A stretch of DNA of 64,000 nt from Lenisia limosa (taxonomy: Eukaryota; Protista; Breviatea). The notes beneath the pieces were generated by a model. The model was not told the DNA's origin. It saw only the letters and a program-made list of their open reading frames with translations, and made no database searches. Position 1 is the first letter of the stretch. The number at the start of each line of letters is the position of its first letter. This document shows positions 1-15,000 of the stretch, piece by piece. The position numbers and the translations under genes are program-made. Location of the stretch: positions 6,662 to 70,661 of the forward strand of contig LPNZ01007654.1 of assembly GCA_001655205.1 (NCBI GenBank), written 5' to 3'.

Positions 1-3000
1 CCGCAAGGTTAAAAGGGGACTGAAAAGCACCATCAGGAATACTGAGTCATGCTTATCTTATATAGCAATGAGAAATAAAAAATAAGGTTGTATCTGGCCA
101 TCACGCTTATAAGAGATATTGAATTATAGGATAGTAATAATTCACCAATCATTTGCCTCCAGCTCTGTGCACATAGCTCAGCGTGCCTCCACAGCATTCT
201 TACCTTGTAGTTGGCACTGTGTTTAGTGAGGTCCAAGACCAGCGCAGTGATATCTCGTACGGCCGATTCCGGTCGATGTTTTAGAATATTGATGAGGCTC
301 TAAGAGGTGAAACAGGCACGTCAATGTAGCAAGAGAATCCACTTCTAAGAGTTGTGTACCTTGAATCTCAGGTTGAAAGACTCGTGGAATCGGGTTTTGT
401 CCGTGAGGAACTTGCGCACCTGTATTATGAGGGTTAGAACGTGAGCAGAAAATAAGCAGTTGCACAAAAACCAGTGGAAGTACTCACGTTAGTTCGTATC
501 TCTTGGTCCCCGTCAACAAGCCTGTCGAAGAGGGACGATATCACCTGCTCTCCAACTTCCATCTAGACGCAATTTAGATGCTTGAGAAAAGACCAAGTTC
601 AATAACAGATCACGAGTCTCTCACCTTGAGAGTTTTCTGATCATAAACAACTTCCAGAAACGCGATTGCATCTCTGCGACACTTCACTATGGGACTATTG
701 TTGGCAAAGTCGCAGATGGAAGGTATTACTCGTTCACACTGAATGTGTCAAAATGGAGGATTGAAAAGATTAAGAGGAGGATTGAAAGATTGAAAGATTG
801 AAAAGATTAAGAGTAGGATTGAAAAGATTGATAAGATTAAGAGGAGGATTGAAAAGATTGACAAGGCAACAGACCTGTTCGTTTGAAAGGTCATTTACAA
901 CAGACGAGAGCACCAAACATGCATGTTGCTGAAGGGACGGATCACTCGACATTTCAAGGTATCGCTTGAGGTCACCAAGCACGGTGGCCACCTAAAGCGT
1001 TTGGACAAGCGCTTATTAACGATAGACGATGCATTAGGCAGACGTCATTAGGCATCTTCTTACTATTCGTTTCTCAAATTCATAGCGGCGTAATCGTCAT
1101 ACACAAGTAGGATGCGAAGCACAAAAAGAGATAGACCCCTACGTACGACTTTTGCCGATTCTCCACGCTGTTTGTCAGTCCAGTGTGGGTGAATGAAGAT
1201 TTCCTGACGCGCAGCCGCCTCATGCGCTGACGCGCAGATCGTAATCACCTGGCATGTGAATAGGGTTTTCTGGGGTTATACAGGGGGTAAAAATATGGGG
1301 GGGGGGGGGNNNNNNNNNNNNNNNNNNNNNNNNNNNNNNNNNNNNNNNNNNNNNNNNNNNNNNNNNNNNNNNNNTGTCTGAGGGAGAGAATAATGGATGG
1401 TAGCATGGCAACGACCTGGCACCGTAACTTTCAATGCTAGCAACTCTCTAAAACAAAACACAAAAAATGAATTTCACAATTATGCATCGATAATTCCACA
1501 ATAAATACCGATATATCCCCTTTTCACGCAATACACCGAACTCACCTTAGACAGCCAAGGCACTGCCACTGACGGGAACTTCTGCCCGGCAATAAGCAGC
1601 AGCTGTAATCCCCTTGCTGGTGCTCCCTCGAAAAAGGCCTTTTCAACCTGGTCTTTGATAAGAAGGCAAGGGCCATGATTCTCAGTCTATCCCAGCTCAA
1701 TACCCCCCCACGGCCTTATAGAAACCGTCAAAAAACGGTACAATGACGTGTTTAGCGAGGTAGGTGTTGTCCTTGTTCGTGACTTCAAGCTTGCGCATTA
1801 CTAGGGCCGTAGCTAGGATATCAGGGTGAGCTTCACTGCCCAAAAAATCATAATAAACACTTACATCTAGTGCTTCACTTCGGTTCGAAAAAAGACTGAA
1901 TTTTTCGATAAATCCTCGAAAACTATCGATATTTTACCGGTATTTTCCGAACCAAAGTGAAGCCCTACTTGCCCTGAATCCCCCCTCACCCAAGGCAGCC
2001 TGAATCCCCCTCACCCAAGGCAGCCTGTCCATGGACCTTCTTCTGGGGGGCGCTGAGACACTCCAACAGGACGTTTCGCTGAACAGAATCGCTTACAAAC
2101 TCATCGGGTACGTCTCCTGTGATGTGTGTAAGTTGAGGGGGGGGGGGGTAAATTGGAAAATTTATNNNNNNNNNNNNNNNNNNNNNNNNNNNNNNNNNNN
2201 NNNNNNNNNNCGCCGAAGCTTCCATTGCCCATTGCTACCTACCAGCCCATATTCCAGCTGCAAGCAGATTGATGGCCAAATTTCGCTCTCGTGGACCTGA
2301 GCAATTATACGACAAGGGTGTGCGTTTGCTGTTTGATTATAAACCCAGGACAACAGAGCACTGTGCAATTAGGGTTCAAACCCAGGACAACAGAGCACTC
2401 TGCAATTAGGGTTCAAACCCAAGACAACAGAGCACTCTGCAATTAGGGTTCAAAAACAACATTACATGGATAATCTAAACGCGGACCACCACAATCACAA
2501 GACCCGTCACCCCTCCCCTCCCACTATCTCTATGTCCATTGACAAGCTGGAGCAACTTGTTCTGAAAAGTGAATGTGAAAACAAAGAAGACACGACAACA
2601 TATACAGTTCCAATGGTCGCATACAATTGGAAGAGGTACCGATTTGCCCCATGTTTGAAGGGCCTTTTCAATGAGCGTGAAGTTGCTGCGGTTTACATTA
2701 GAGTTGGCAGTGATTGCGTTGCTGAAAAGATACTCCTGCGGGGTCAGCATGGAAGAGTAATCCCACTAGCAAGGGGGAAAAGCGGAAGGCATCCCACCAG
2801 CAATCCTTTAGCACTGTCCATATCACGGTAGTCTAAGACGGTGTTGCACTGCCACTCATAGAACAAAACGTTGAGAACGTCTCTAGCCAGGTAGTGGAGC
2901 GGTTCTGACTCAGTTTGACGGACCAAATTGGCCAAATGCTACGAGGGGGATTATAGTTCACCAAATATAAACGAAAAAATGAATTTTGGTAGAAAAAGAG

Positions 3001-6000
3001 TTTGAGTTCCTCTCATCAACAAACATGTACAAGAAGGACGCATAAGATGACCACCCACAGGAAACCAGAGTTTGGCGTAGGGCTTGAAGTACTCCGAGAG
3101 CTTGACAATGATGTTGGCGATAAACCATTTGGTGTCAGTCGTACATGCATTCCTGAGCTGTGAGCACAAAGAACTACTTGCTCAGACCCCCTATCCTCTC
3201 GACACCCTCCCCACTCTTTCTCAAACATGCCGTAGAACTGCTGGTGCCATAAGGGCATTTTCATTCCGCCATACTCAACCTCAGCTTGAAGTCCTGAGGA
3301 GGAGGAGAGGATAAGATTTCTGCTGGAACAACACAACATGGAGGCAAGCCAAACACCAGATAGCAACATGGAGGCAAGCCAAACACCAGATAGCAACATG
3401 GAGGCAAGCCAAACACCAGATAGTAATTAGGGCTTCCCTATGGTCCCAAAAAGACGGAATTTCTCGATAAATCTAAAAAGAAATATCGATATTTTAACGG
3501 TCTTTGTTGGACCGTAGGGAAGCCCTACACATAATGCCAAGTGGTATGAAACAAAAAGGGTAAAGAGAATAAATCCCCCTACTGTCGGCCATGCCATCAA
3601 GATTTCGGTTGTCAATGGTCCCTGCAAAGTCATTGGGCACTTATGACTCTATAACCGAAGAGACTGCCCATATAATCATGCTGGGAGACAGCACACTTCA
3701 CCCAGGAGCCTACGTTCCATTGTGTACGTGAGGTAGCGCTTCAGCAGCTTGACAAAGGCAAGGAACACGGGCGTGTCAGTGAGGGGGGTCGATTCAACTT
3801 CAGGAATAGCTATAAAGATTAGCTCTGCTAATGAATTTAACATTGTCTATCCACCCATTTCATTTCATCTACCCCCCATTACCTATGGCCGCTTCGATCT
3901 CGGGGTTGGCCACGTTGATGCTTTGCTCCACTGGTGGCTGTGGGGTAACAGTAAATATGAGGTGACATGGGGGGGGGGGGNNNNNNNNNNNNNNNNNNNN
4001 NNNNNNNNNNNNNNNNNNNNNNNNNNNNNNNNNNNNNNNNNNNNNNNNNNNNNNNNNNNNNNNNNNNNNNNNNNNNNNNNNNNNNNNACAACGATACCAA
4101 TGGAGCCTAACCAATCGGAAGCGCCACGAATGAAACGTCCAAGCTCCCTTCCTACCAAAGGTGCCTGATCCAGTCTGTCGTACGCGGCAAGGTCCATTGT
4201 GTTCTGCGTTCCCAGTGACGGAGCAACACTCTGCCACAATCAGATTAACAACAATCAAAACAGAGAGAGGCGTATATGATACGTATCATATCATATCAAC
4301 TGTATTATACGCATATCATATTCATCTGACCATTGTCGAACCCTCACCTGTGACTGACTATGGAAGAACGACGATTGTACTGCAGCAGTAGCGAGAGAAC
4401 TCGAGGACAAGTAGCTGGAGGACAAGAGAGATCGGCTTCTAAGGTGCCAGTTAATTCGAGAATATGTTCTTTGCTTCGATGAAAGAAAACTCCCATTCAA
4501 TGGAAAGAACAGGAGCTTACTTTTGGCCCTTCCAAGCCTCAACTTCCACCCTCTGGCCATTTTTGGTGGTTACCTTTGAGAAGCTTGTCATGACTTCAAA
4601 CTAAAGTGTAAGTCAAGCGCTGTGATAAGACTGTGTTTAAGTACCTTGTGCTTGATATTCTTGTCAATGCAATTTGAGAGAACAAGCTGGGTGTGCACAA
4701 GAAGACGACTGAAGAGAATAAGAAAACCACCCAAAAAGTCCTTATCGTTGAATAACAACTGAGAGAATCCTAAAAAGAAGGCCGAATACCCCTCTTCTGC
4801 TCCTACTTTTCAAACACGCTTGCTTTGGCTTGTGTGGTAACAGCGATGGCAGCCCCTGCAGCAAAAGCGGCAGCTCTGTAGTCAACAGTAATCTGTCATA
4901 ATTAGTCTCTACTCTGTATTGAAGAAAAGAAAGGAACGCATGAGAGTGACTTTTAAGTAACCATCATGTCGCACCTTGTAGTCCTTCTCCTCCGGTCTGA
5001 CGATTGGCTGGATGTCCTTCTTGCCCTGAATAACGGTCCGCACTTGGTTGAGACAAGCCGCGTTGATAGACTTCACGAGCTTCTCGTTCGACGGATTCTT
5101 ATCTAGAGTGTCAGATCAAGACCTTCATCATCTTGGTTGCCAATGTAAACATTGAGCCGTGTTATGACAGAGACCTACATCCTTTGAAGAAAGCCTTGCT
5201 AAGGGAGTTGTCTGCAAGGAACAGGCTGGCATTAATCCGTGAATACATCACTTCAATGAGCATGAAGGCACACTATAGGGGGGGGGGGTCAACTGAGGAT
5301 ATGGAAGCGGAGAACAGTTGAAGTATTGAGCACTTTCAGTTCCAATAAAACCGAACATTGAATATACATATCATATACTGTCATATCTGGGAATTTTGAT
5401 AATATCAAGACCATAGTGACCCCTTACAGTTCTGTCAGTGAGTAGAGAAGTCATCCGGTGGTTGAATCGACGGGGAAGAGGCTCAGGTATCTGCAAACAG
5501 TAAGAGGCGAATAAATGGAAGAAGGAGCAATCCAATCCAGACAGGCATCGAACCTCAAGAAGCCTGGCCACGTTCTCGACCTTTTGCTCGAAGATACTGT
5601 AGCAGTCGTCCCGACTTAGAGACTCGAACAAGGGGACGCAAATCTGTCAGGGTATTAGCTGCTGACTTTGGAGAATGGCCTTGTTAAAAGTGGTAAAGAG
5701 CATGGATTGTTAATGTTCAAGACAGTGTCATCACCGGCAATTACACCACCAACCGATTTCATGACGAACATTCTGGTGTGGTCCGGGAGTTCGGCTCGGT
5801 TAGCAAGGAGGTCAAGACAATGCACAACGATTCTCTGGCTGGCCTGGCGATTATCAGCCGCAGAGGCGACAAAAGCTCTCAACGCGGACGTAATGGCAGC
5901 TGGGGGGGGGGNNNNNNNNNNNNNNNNNNNNNNNNNNNNNNNNNNNNNNNNNNNNNNNNNNNNNNNNNNNNNNNNTATACGGCTCCGAAATTTGACTCAA

Positions 6001-9000
6001 CTGCATCGAATCCCTGACAGAATATAACCAAAGGGTATTGTGAGAATATCGGAGAACACGTCAAAGAAACCCACCCGAATGAACATGGTTTTCCTCTCTG
6101 AAGAGGGGCAGTGTGTTGTTGAGCATCAGTAGGACGGCTCTAAATGCGTGAAGTTAAGGGATACTGGACCAAAAAAGGGAAGTTCTCACCCAACTCACCC
6201 TTCAGCTTGAACTGAGGCGACGCAATTGCGGAAAACGTTAAGGAAGTCATCAAGAGCATCAATAAACGCAGAGTGCTGAAGCATCAAAAAGTAACCAATA
6301 TCTGCGGCCGGGACTTTGTTCCCTTACTGTCACTCTATTGCAATTCCTCCCCCCTCAACCCAAAAAATTGAAACAAAAAAAAAATAATAATAAGTTTAAT
6401 GATAGTTTTATTTCAGTAAAAAAGGAACGTGAACAACGATAGCAAAAAAATGAGTATTCATTTGCAATATCGTAAATAGGTAAAGAGACTAGTTCAGTTC
6501 ATCGGATATTTGATTCACAAAACAATTCCTCTTTTGAAATTTTTGAGCCCACCCTCCTCATCCCAGGTCAATTCCTAAACTAGGCTCTTTATGTTTCTTC
6601 AATATGCAATAGGCCTCCATGAAGGGTAGGTGTTCTGGGGTTTTCAAGCCCCAAACACAATCGTCTGACATGGTTGTCCTCCTGACACTGCAATCCCGGT
6701 TCCCAAATATACCAGACTCGCAATCTCCATAATATTCATATGGAATAAGAAATGAGTATTGAAAGGTTTTCTCAATCAGTCAACAAATAATCCATCCCTT
6801 ACACTTTCACACACAATAGCGATACTCCCACTTACCTAAAATATTAGAGGAATACGAGAAATTCATAAAATAAGTTACATATTTTGAGATAGTAACATGC
6901 TATCAGTTACATAACCTCGAACTACTGTGAAATAAAAAGTATAAAAAAAAACACCGTCCTTCCACCCCATGCTGAATTGCACCGACACACTCTCATGGCA
7001 TCGTCATTGTCAAGGTACTCCCGAGAGCTCGCAGGGAATGTGGACAGGGAGAACTTTTTCAGCGCTTCATCAAGTTTAGAGAGCTGAGTAGGGGTGAGAT
7101 TGAAGAGCTGGGTTGGCGGTTTTATCCACCAAAAGCAAAACAGCGCATTGATTAACTCACATCAGACTTGGACAGTTTGGAGTAAGCCAGAAGAGGAGGG
7201 AGCAGGCTGAGAGCCATGGATTTGAAGGGGAGGGAGTGCTTTCCACTGGGGGGGGGGAGTAAAACGAAGGAAATTTCATGAAACAAGCAATAACAAACAG
7301 GGAGGTGGATAATTTATGAAACAAGAAAAGCCTAAAACAACTCTGTTGGCTGACAACACNNNNNNNNNNNNNNNNNNNNNNNNNNNNNNNNNNNNNNNNN
7401 NNNNNNNNNNNNNNNNNNNNNNNNNNNNNNNNNNNNNNNNNNNNNNNNNNNNNNNNNNNNNNNNNNNNNNNNNNNNNNNNNNNNNNNNNNNNNNNNNNNN
7501 NNNNNNNNNNNNNNNNNNNNNNNNNNNNNNNNNNNNNNNNNNNNNNNTTCACAGAGGGCAGTAATAATGGGGGCAACTGCGTTTTCCATTGAATCTCCAT
7601 CATCGAAATACCTACGTGCATTAAAATAGTAATATGAGAAGCTGAGATATAAAAACAATTGCTTTGTTTCTGCATTCCCCAGGGATCACGATGATCAACA
7701 ACTTTAACCCTGATACCCCTGAGCCGCATTGAGAGTTCCAAGCTTGAGTGCTGATTGGAATATTGCCATCACTGCCCGGCCCGGGCTTTCGAACCGATGA
7801 TCCTGGGGGGGGGGTACTATCATTTGCATAGTGAAGAGCATATCACTTGAATAATGAAGAGCATATCACTTGAATAATGAAGAGCATATCGTACTACACC
7901 TTAGATAACGGAGATAAACAAGAAAAATAGGGAGGCAATACTTTTACTGAATAAAGATGTGTGTGTCTCCATATTTAAGAAAATGAACAAACTTTATCCA
8001 TCACAAACCATCACAAACAGTACACTATACCAGCTCCCTTCACTGCCTTACAGAGTCTGTCAGGCGTTGAGCCGTCCGCGTAATTCCTGATGCCCATTGT
8101 ACAATCGAGGCCGATGACTGCGGTGTAAAATTAAAATGTGCTCAAGGTGTGAAATCAAAATGTGTTCAAGCTTTGTTATTCAGGTACAAAACGCCCCTCC
8201 TACCGAAAGGACGTAAGCAGCCATTTTCTCCCGAACATGTTTTTCCTCTTGCATGGCCTTCCGAAGCGCCGAATTCAGAATCTCAATGACAAGGGTTGGA
8301 TGCTGTATTCGTCAAAACGACAAACATGGAAGTAGGGTTTCACTTCGGCTCAATAAAAGACTGAATTTCTCCATGAATCCGAAAACTATCGGTATTTTGC
8401 CAGTCTTTTTCGAACCTAAGTAAAACCCTACAGGAAGCAGACCCCCACCTCAGCAACCCTGCCGCATGGCTCCCCCACCTCAGCAACCCTGCCGCATAGC
8501 TCCTTCGTGTAGTCCTTGATGTCCTTGAGATACGCCGTGTTGATGGCGTCCGAGAATCGCGAATAGAACGGGGCAATGTCCCCTGCTGACGCTGGCGACC
8601 TGTCGTGTCAAAAATGCCCAAAGAATCGGAAAAAAGGGCAAAAACATGAGAGAGAGAAAGTGAGAGGCAGGCAGAGACAAAGGTGTCAGGGGTGCTCACA
8701 TTTTGATGATTTGATCTATGATGGGTTCTTTTGAAGTGGCTTTGTTGAGGGCATAACTCACCAGTCGTGATGATAGGAACTGTGGGTGTGGGTGATGATA
8801 TTGATTAAAAAGTTTGTGGCATGTAAAATCGTAGCTGATGAAAGGCGTTCAACTACATCAAGAACACAGCTTACGGCGTTCTCAGGGGAGGCCGAGAGAG
8901 CTGTCGAAACCTTGACCAGGATCTCCTGGGGGCTTTGCTCATTGAAGGGCTGGCCTGAGTGGGTCATTTATTGGACCTGTCAATGTCTTTACCAACCAGA

Positions 9001-12000
9001 GAGCCAATGGAGAATGCCAGAGTCCTGCAGCAGCTGGAAGCCTGAAACGGCTCTTTCCGCATCAGTTGTTGTCATGGATAAGGTGGCCTTATCTGTGGAG
9101 TCAGGGGGGAGTTGCTCCTGTTTCGCCAGATGTCATTAAGAGCTCAGCACAATCCAACCTCGACCGTCAAGAAGGGCCCAAATCTCAGTGTTACAAGACT
9201 CAATGATGGGAGATAGCACCCTGTCAACAGCTATGGTGTGATGAGGCTGCAAAGAGACACAAGAGCAAAGAGACACAAGAGGAATCCAACTCAACTATTA
9301 GCAAAAACGGACATGCCAGGTTCACGGCACAATTTAGTAATAACCTCCAATAGATGCACCACTCGGATCTGAATCGTGACGTTCGGTAATGGTTACTTCT
9401 TCAGAGTCCAATTCCTCAATCTCCCCACCTTCAATTTCTGAGTCTCTGCAGCAAGTTCCATGGGTATGTCCAGTTTCGAGGGCAGCATAATGGCATGAGC
9501 CACCGCCACCATCCACCCGGGGTAGCCTGTTTAATGAGTTGTGGGTGGGGAAGTTGTAAAGGCGTATACCCACCTCCCGGGCCGTGCTTCTCAGTGATGG
9601 GCAGAGTGTGGGGGTCTGATTCCAGAAGAGCCAGTACCAAACGTAGGGCGTCTAACGGGTCAATTATGTACTACACTGATACAGAGACCGCGAGCAGCCG
9701 CCNNNNNNNNNNNNNNNNNNNNNNNNNNNNNNNNNNNNNNNNNNNNNNNNNNNNNNNNNNNNNNNNNNNNNNNNNNNNNNNNNNNNNNNNNNNNNNNNNN
9801 NNNNNNNNNNNNNNNNNNNNNNNAGATAAGAGAATATTATATTGGAAGCAGGGCTTCACTTCGGTTCAAAAAAAGACGGAATTTTCCGATAAATCCTCGA
9901 AAACTATCGATATTTTACCGATCTTTTTCGAACCGAAGTGAAGCCCTAATTAGAAGGGGTACAACTTTCAGTAACACAGGGTACCATGCATTTGATATCC
10001 GTTGTATATCCCCTCCCCCCACCGCATCAGGGACATGGAGCATGCATATGTGACGGAAGAAGAACGTGAGAGCGGCGGCGGCATGGTCCTTCCCGCCAAC
10101 GTGAAGTGGCCTTGGTCATGTCAATCGACAGTCAAAGACAAGCAAGGCTCGAAACACAGGATTACACAACCCCGATGGCCAAAGAAAAGGCTTGATACTA
10201 AGACTAAGATTACAGGGCTTGATACTAAGACTAAGATCACAACCTCCCCCACAATGAAATATCCCTCGGGACCTCGGATGCCGGTGTGGTCCAGCACTCG
10301 CGGGGGTTCACAATTTTGTTCTCTAAAAGCCAAACCCAGGCTGTGAAGATCGGCGCCGTGCATGAGAGAAAGTCGTTATACTGGAGTGGTAAGAGCGTGC
10401 ATGAGAGAAAGTCGTTATATTGGAGTGGAAAGAGCGTGCATGATGATGAGTAAACGTAACGATTGAAAGAAAGAACAAAACACACTAGATCCTCCTGTTT
10501 CCAAGGTTTCTGTTGAACATCACCCACCTCAGATATGCCAGCAGTTGAAAGCGTCTCGGGGGTCACCGGGGGTGGTAGCGTAGTGAGGTTCGACATCAGT
10601 AGAGCATAACCGTTGTCTACTTCTTTCACTAACTGAAAGGGGGTAACTCTCAAAACCAGACAAGCATCAATATGTCCAGATCAGGCCGAAGATGATTATC
10701 GCCGCCCACTCTGTCCGACACATAGGACTCCAGCGAGGCGTTAAGTGAGGTCAAGGGAGCCAAAGACGACAATGTGCTCAATGCAGCTCTTCTGAGAGGG
10801 TCGAAACGGCTTGTAAAAGCGGATTTGAAGAGCCACCTGTAATGTCAGAGCATTATAGGAAATCGGAGTGGCCGACTTGCAGAGGTCGCGAGTACTACTT
10901 GGCCCGTCACGAGACTCAGATGCCATCAGAAGCTTGGGTCTCTCCTGAACTATGCGCACCATATGGCTGATTGCCTCCATCGTCACAACAAATACTCCTG
11001 GCAATTGTCAGATACACTCTTATTAACAACATAAATGAGCTATAATAATACTGTATATCAGCCATTAGTTATCCGCATCTGCTACCAAAAGTCCAAAACA
11101 ACGCAAAACTCTCTGACCTCCGCTCTCATCAGATGCGTCGATCTCCAGTGAGTTGACCAGCATTTTAATGAGCCCCAGGGTGTGGTACTTGACGACCGCG
11201 TCCGACTCCCTGCAATATCAAATCGGGGGGGGGGGTAAGCTTCCACAGCTGATTGGACACCAACTTCTGAGTCGGAGTGATGAACAAGATAACATGTGGG
11301 CGAAGATTTATTCTTGTAGTTATGCCCTGCAGTACTTTGCATGATGATGACTAATGAAACAACGTAGAAAATGAAGGTCAGATGTGCGAAAAGGACCCAA
11401 AAGGTACAATTGCAAGATTTCCTATATTGCCCACCTAAAAGACCGGTAAATCTTGTTCACGGCTGTGGCAGCGCCAAGTTTGGCCTTTGCTGTGGGGTGG
11501 GCAGACAGGGACTTGATCTGTCTAAGGAGGTTCCTCACTTGGATGGGGCTCTTCGAGTCCTGCAAGAGTCAATCACAATCCAAACAGTGACATTAGAAGA
11601 CAGAACAATCCAAACGGTGACATTAGAAGAGAGAGCAGTGTCAGCTTACAGCCTGTTTAATAGCCCATTTGATGAACTCGTCAAGCAGGCTGGCAGCAAA
11701 GACTCTTCTTCCGGCGTCATTCGTCGATTCTGTGTGTCAAAATGGGCCACAAAAAGAGGGAAAATGGGAGTTCTGAGTTTGATGCTCACGAAGATCCTCA
11801 ATGATAAGCTGAATGAACTGGACAGCCTCGGGCTTATCGGAGCGGTGTTTAGTGAAGAGACGGGCCAATTGGAGGGCAAGACGCTGGAAGAGGCTTGATG
11901 TGATCTATATATGATCAGATCTTAAGGATCTATATATGATCAGATCTTAAGGGGTTATTAGATAAGATAGAAAATATCATTTGGATTGCAAAACCAGCGC

Positions 12001-15000
12001 CGACTCTTTCGGGGTCGGAAGCTAGCTTGAGAATGGCATCTAAGATGACGTTGTAAAGTGGGAGATAGGCTGGGTTGTCTTTTCGAGCCAAGAGGGCAAG
12101 TACTGGTTAGTTAGCAACAACAGTGACTCTTTTTCACCCCACTCACCAATAAAATGCAACAGTTCACCCCACCCACCAATACTATGCAACAGTTCAGAAG
12201 CTGCAACTTTCTGAGATCTGAACGGTTAAATTGGAGTAATATAGAAAAGGATCCCTGATAGCAGAGTTTATATTATACCACTTCTGACCTCACCTGATAG
12301 CAGAGTTTTCAGCGATTTCAATGACAGGTCTGATCACAAGACTCAGGTCAAACTTGATGTTCAGCTCCAAAAAGGGGAGCTCAAATCGGAGTTCGGGAAG
12401 GGGGGCTGGGATGTCCGTGTCTCTATGGTGGTGTGAGCATTGGAACACTTGCCACAAATAACAAGCAGACAAACAGAGTAGAATTATCCCCAACAGAGCA
12501 AAGGAAAGAAAATCCCGAGAAGCAAAAGACCTACAACACCTCCCACTCCTCAGCAAGAACGTCCACAACACCTCCCACTCTTCAGCAAGAACGTCCACAA
12601 CACCTCCGAGACGACCAAGGAAGTCTACAATGTTGTCCCGATGTCTGATACCTGGAATATATTATGGATGTGCTAAACAACGGAAGGATTAATGATAGCT
12701 TAGCAAGCCTCACGAGAAAACATAAATGTCGTATTGTTTTTTCTATCATATCACCAATTAGAGATATTGGAGTATAGAATTATATTAATTCACCCAAAAC
12801 CAATTATAATAGTACGATTATCATATCATATGATATATCATATACTATATCTATATCTATCAATATCTATATCTATATCTATATATCATATATATAGTAT
12901 ATCATATAGTATGATATGATATCTATAAAAATACTATAACATAATAATATTTTATATCGGTGTCCTATCTTAAACTGGGGTTTTGAGATAGCCATCGAAC
13001 GTTTCTGCACGGTAGTCTCTCCAAGCGCCTTCTTCATTGTGTAGAACCCATGCTTGGTCTTGACGGGCTTCGAGACTTGGTCCATGCGTGCCTGAGAGTG
13101 TAAGGTCTCGACCATTTCCGAGTTAAACACGCCCGGTTACTTGGTCATCGTCGGTTTTGGAATCGCTGAGGAAAGCAACAAGGGACTTGAGGAGACTCGG
13201 CATGTACGGCCTCATGAGGTCGGGGTAGGCATGGTGCCACCTCTGGATGCCTGATAGTGCAGCATCGGCTAGGAGGTTAGGATTGTTGGTGATATGGGTA
13301 GACTGAGACCCATTATCAACTGTAAAACGTATCTATTCTGTTAGTTGCTCTCTCTCTTCCTGCTGTATATTTAGGGTTTCCCTACGGTCCAAAAAAGACC
13401 GGTTAAGTATCGACACTTATCGAGGATTTATCGAGACACACAGGCTTTTTTGGTCCGTAGGGAATCCCTATATATGATAAATATCATATACAGTGCATTT
13501 AGATCCATCCCACCCGTTTCATGGAAAGAAAGACCAAGCTTCATTGCTGCAGGTACTGCCGCACATACCCCACTACAATGCTCTACAAAGAGCGCGACAG
13601 GTACGCTGCAAATCACCTGCAGGAATCGATAAGGAAAAAACAATCATAAACTCCAACGAAGATGACACCCCTATCTTCAAGAAAGCCGAATCCAATTCTA
13701 AGATGACACCCCTACCCTCAAGCAAGCCGAATCCAATTCGCCGACATAATGCACGCGGCGCTGGAGGACCTGAACAGTCAAAGGGGCGTGCTATGTGTTA
13801 ATGGAAAAGGAGCGTGCTATGTGTTCGCTTCCACAAATGAGTTGTCTGATCACTGAACAAACCTCTCCAATGAACAACGAGAAGATTTCATGCTGGTGCT
13901 TAGATACGACAGGAGCGTTGATGGCTTCTCTTTGGAACGTGTTTTGGATGTTCGCAGTCTGAGTGTCAAATTTTGGGTTAACGCTTATACGTGAGGTATC
14001 ACTATCAGATAAAGAACGCTGGTTGTTCATTACTTGAAGTTACTTTGGTCATAGCCCACAAACCGTGAGGCACGCTGCAAAGAGGCGATACCATCCACTG
14101 ACAAGAGGCACCTACGGAATAAGCCTCGCAAAACAGTACAATTGAGATCCCAGTTTTCGCACCTGTGTAGATTGCTGGCAGCATGTTCGGGCAATGAGGG
14201 TCAGCCACCTTTCTGTATACTACAACAATGAAACACTCATAAAGCCTATTGACATACATACAACGCTCATGCACCCACCTTTACAAAAGGAGCCGAGGGC
14301 AGTATCCGTTCACAGAAGAGCGAGAGATGAAGGAACAGCTCCTGGTCCCTATCATTCACGGCCTTGAGCTTCTCACCAAGGTCTATTGCTGGACACATGT
14401 CGTCTGGAGGGTCACGTGACGGTTGCTCACTCCCACCTTTTTTGTTGGAAGAGTTTGGTGTAGAGGAGTCGTCAGCATTTTTGTGGTATCGCAGCTCCAA
14501 GTGCTACATGGTGGTGAAATCAAGGAGATCATCATCGGCATTGAGTTGGCATATCAGTTACACAGTCCCCCCAAACAGTAGCCATATCAATAATGGAGGT
14601 AACAACACAGTCGGCCACCGCTGATCTGACTTGATCTTGGACCTCAACAGGGCAGTCTAGAGGGGTGGTGAACTCGATCAAACTAATAGGCTTGATTGGT
14701 AAGTACAGGTTGGAAAACAAATTCAGCAATAGGGGGCACAACTTTAACAATAGGGGGCACAAAATTGTACTAGCTTACCCATTGCAGCGCTGTAATTCTT
14801 CGGTTTCACCAACTCTTCCCAAAGTTCGATATAGTGGGTGTAAAGGGGCTCACTAGGAGGCTCAACTTGTTCCACCTAAATTAGTGAATTATGTTTTATT
14901 CAGCCATTTCTGAAGATACTATGGTAGCACATACTTAATTAAAACGTGTACAAATTTCTTCCCAGTAAAGCACACATGTCTAGGAATTTCCTACTGAATA

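Noticed and set aside
2341-2455. TTAGGG within a repeat, suggesting telomere or CRISPR
   Set aside because: There is only one TTAGGG per 38-bp unit, the units are directly adjacent with no spacers, and there are no cas genes. It is an ordinary intronic minisatellite.
11371-11898. 175-aa + strand ORF
   Set aside because: It is the antisense shadow of DNA-PKcs exons and includes an intronic tandem repeat; no independent protein signal.
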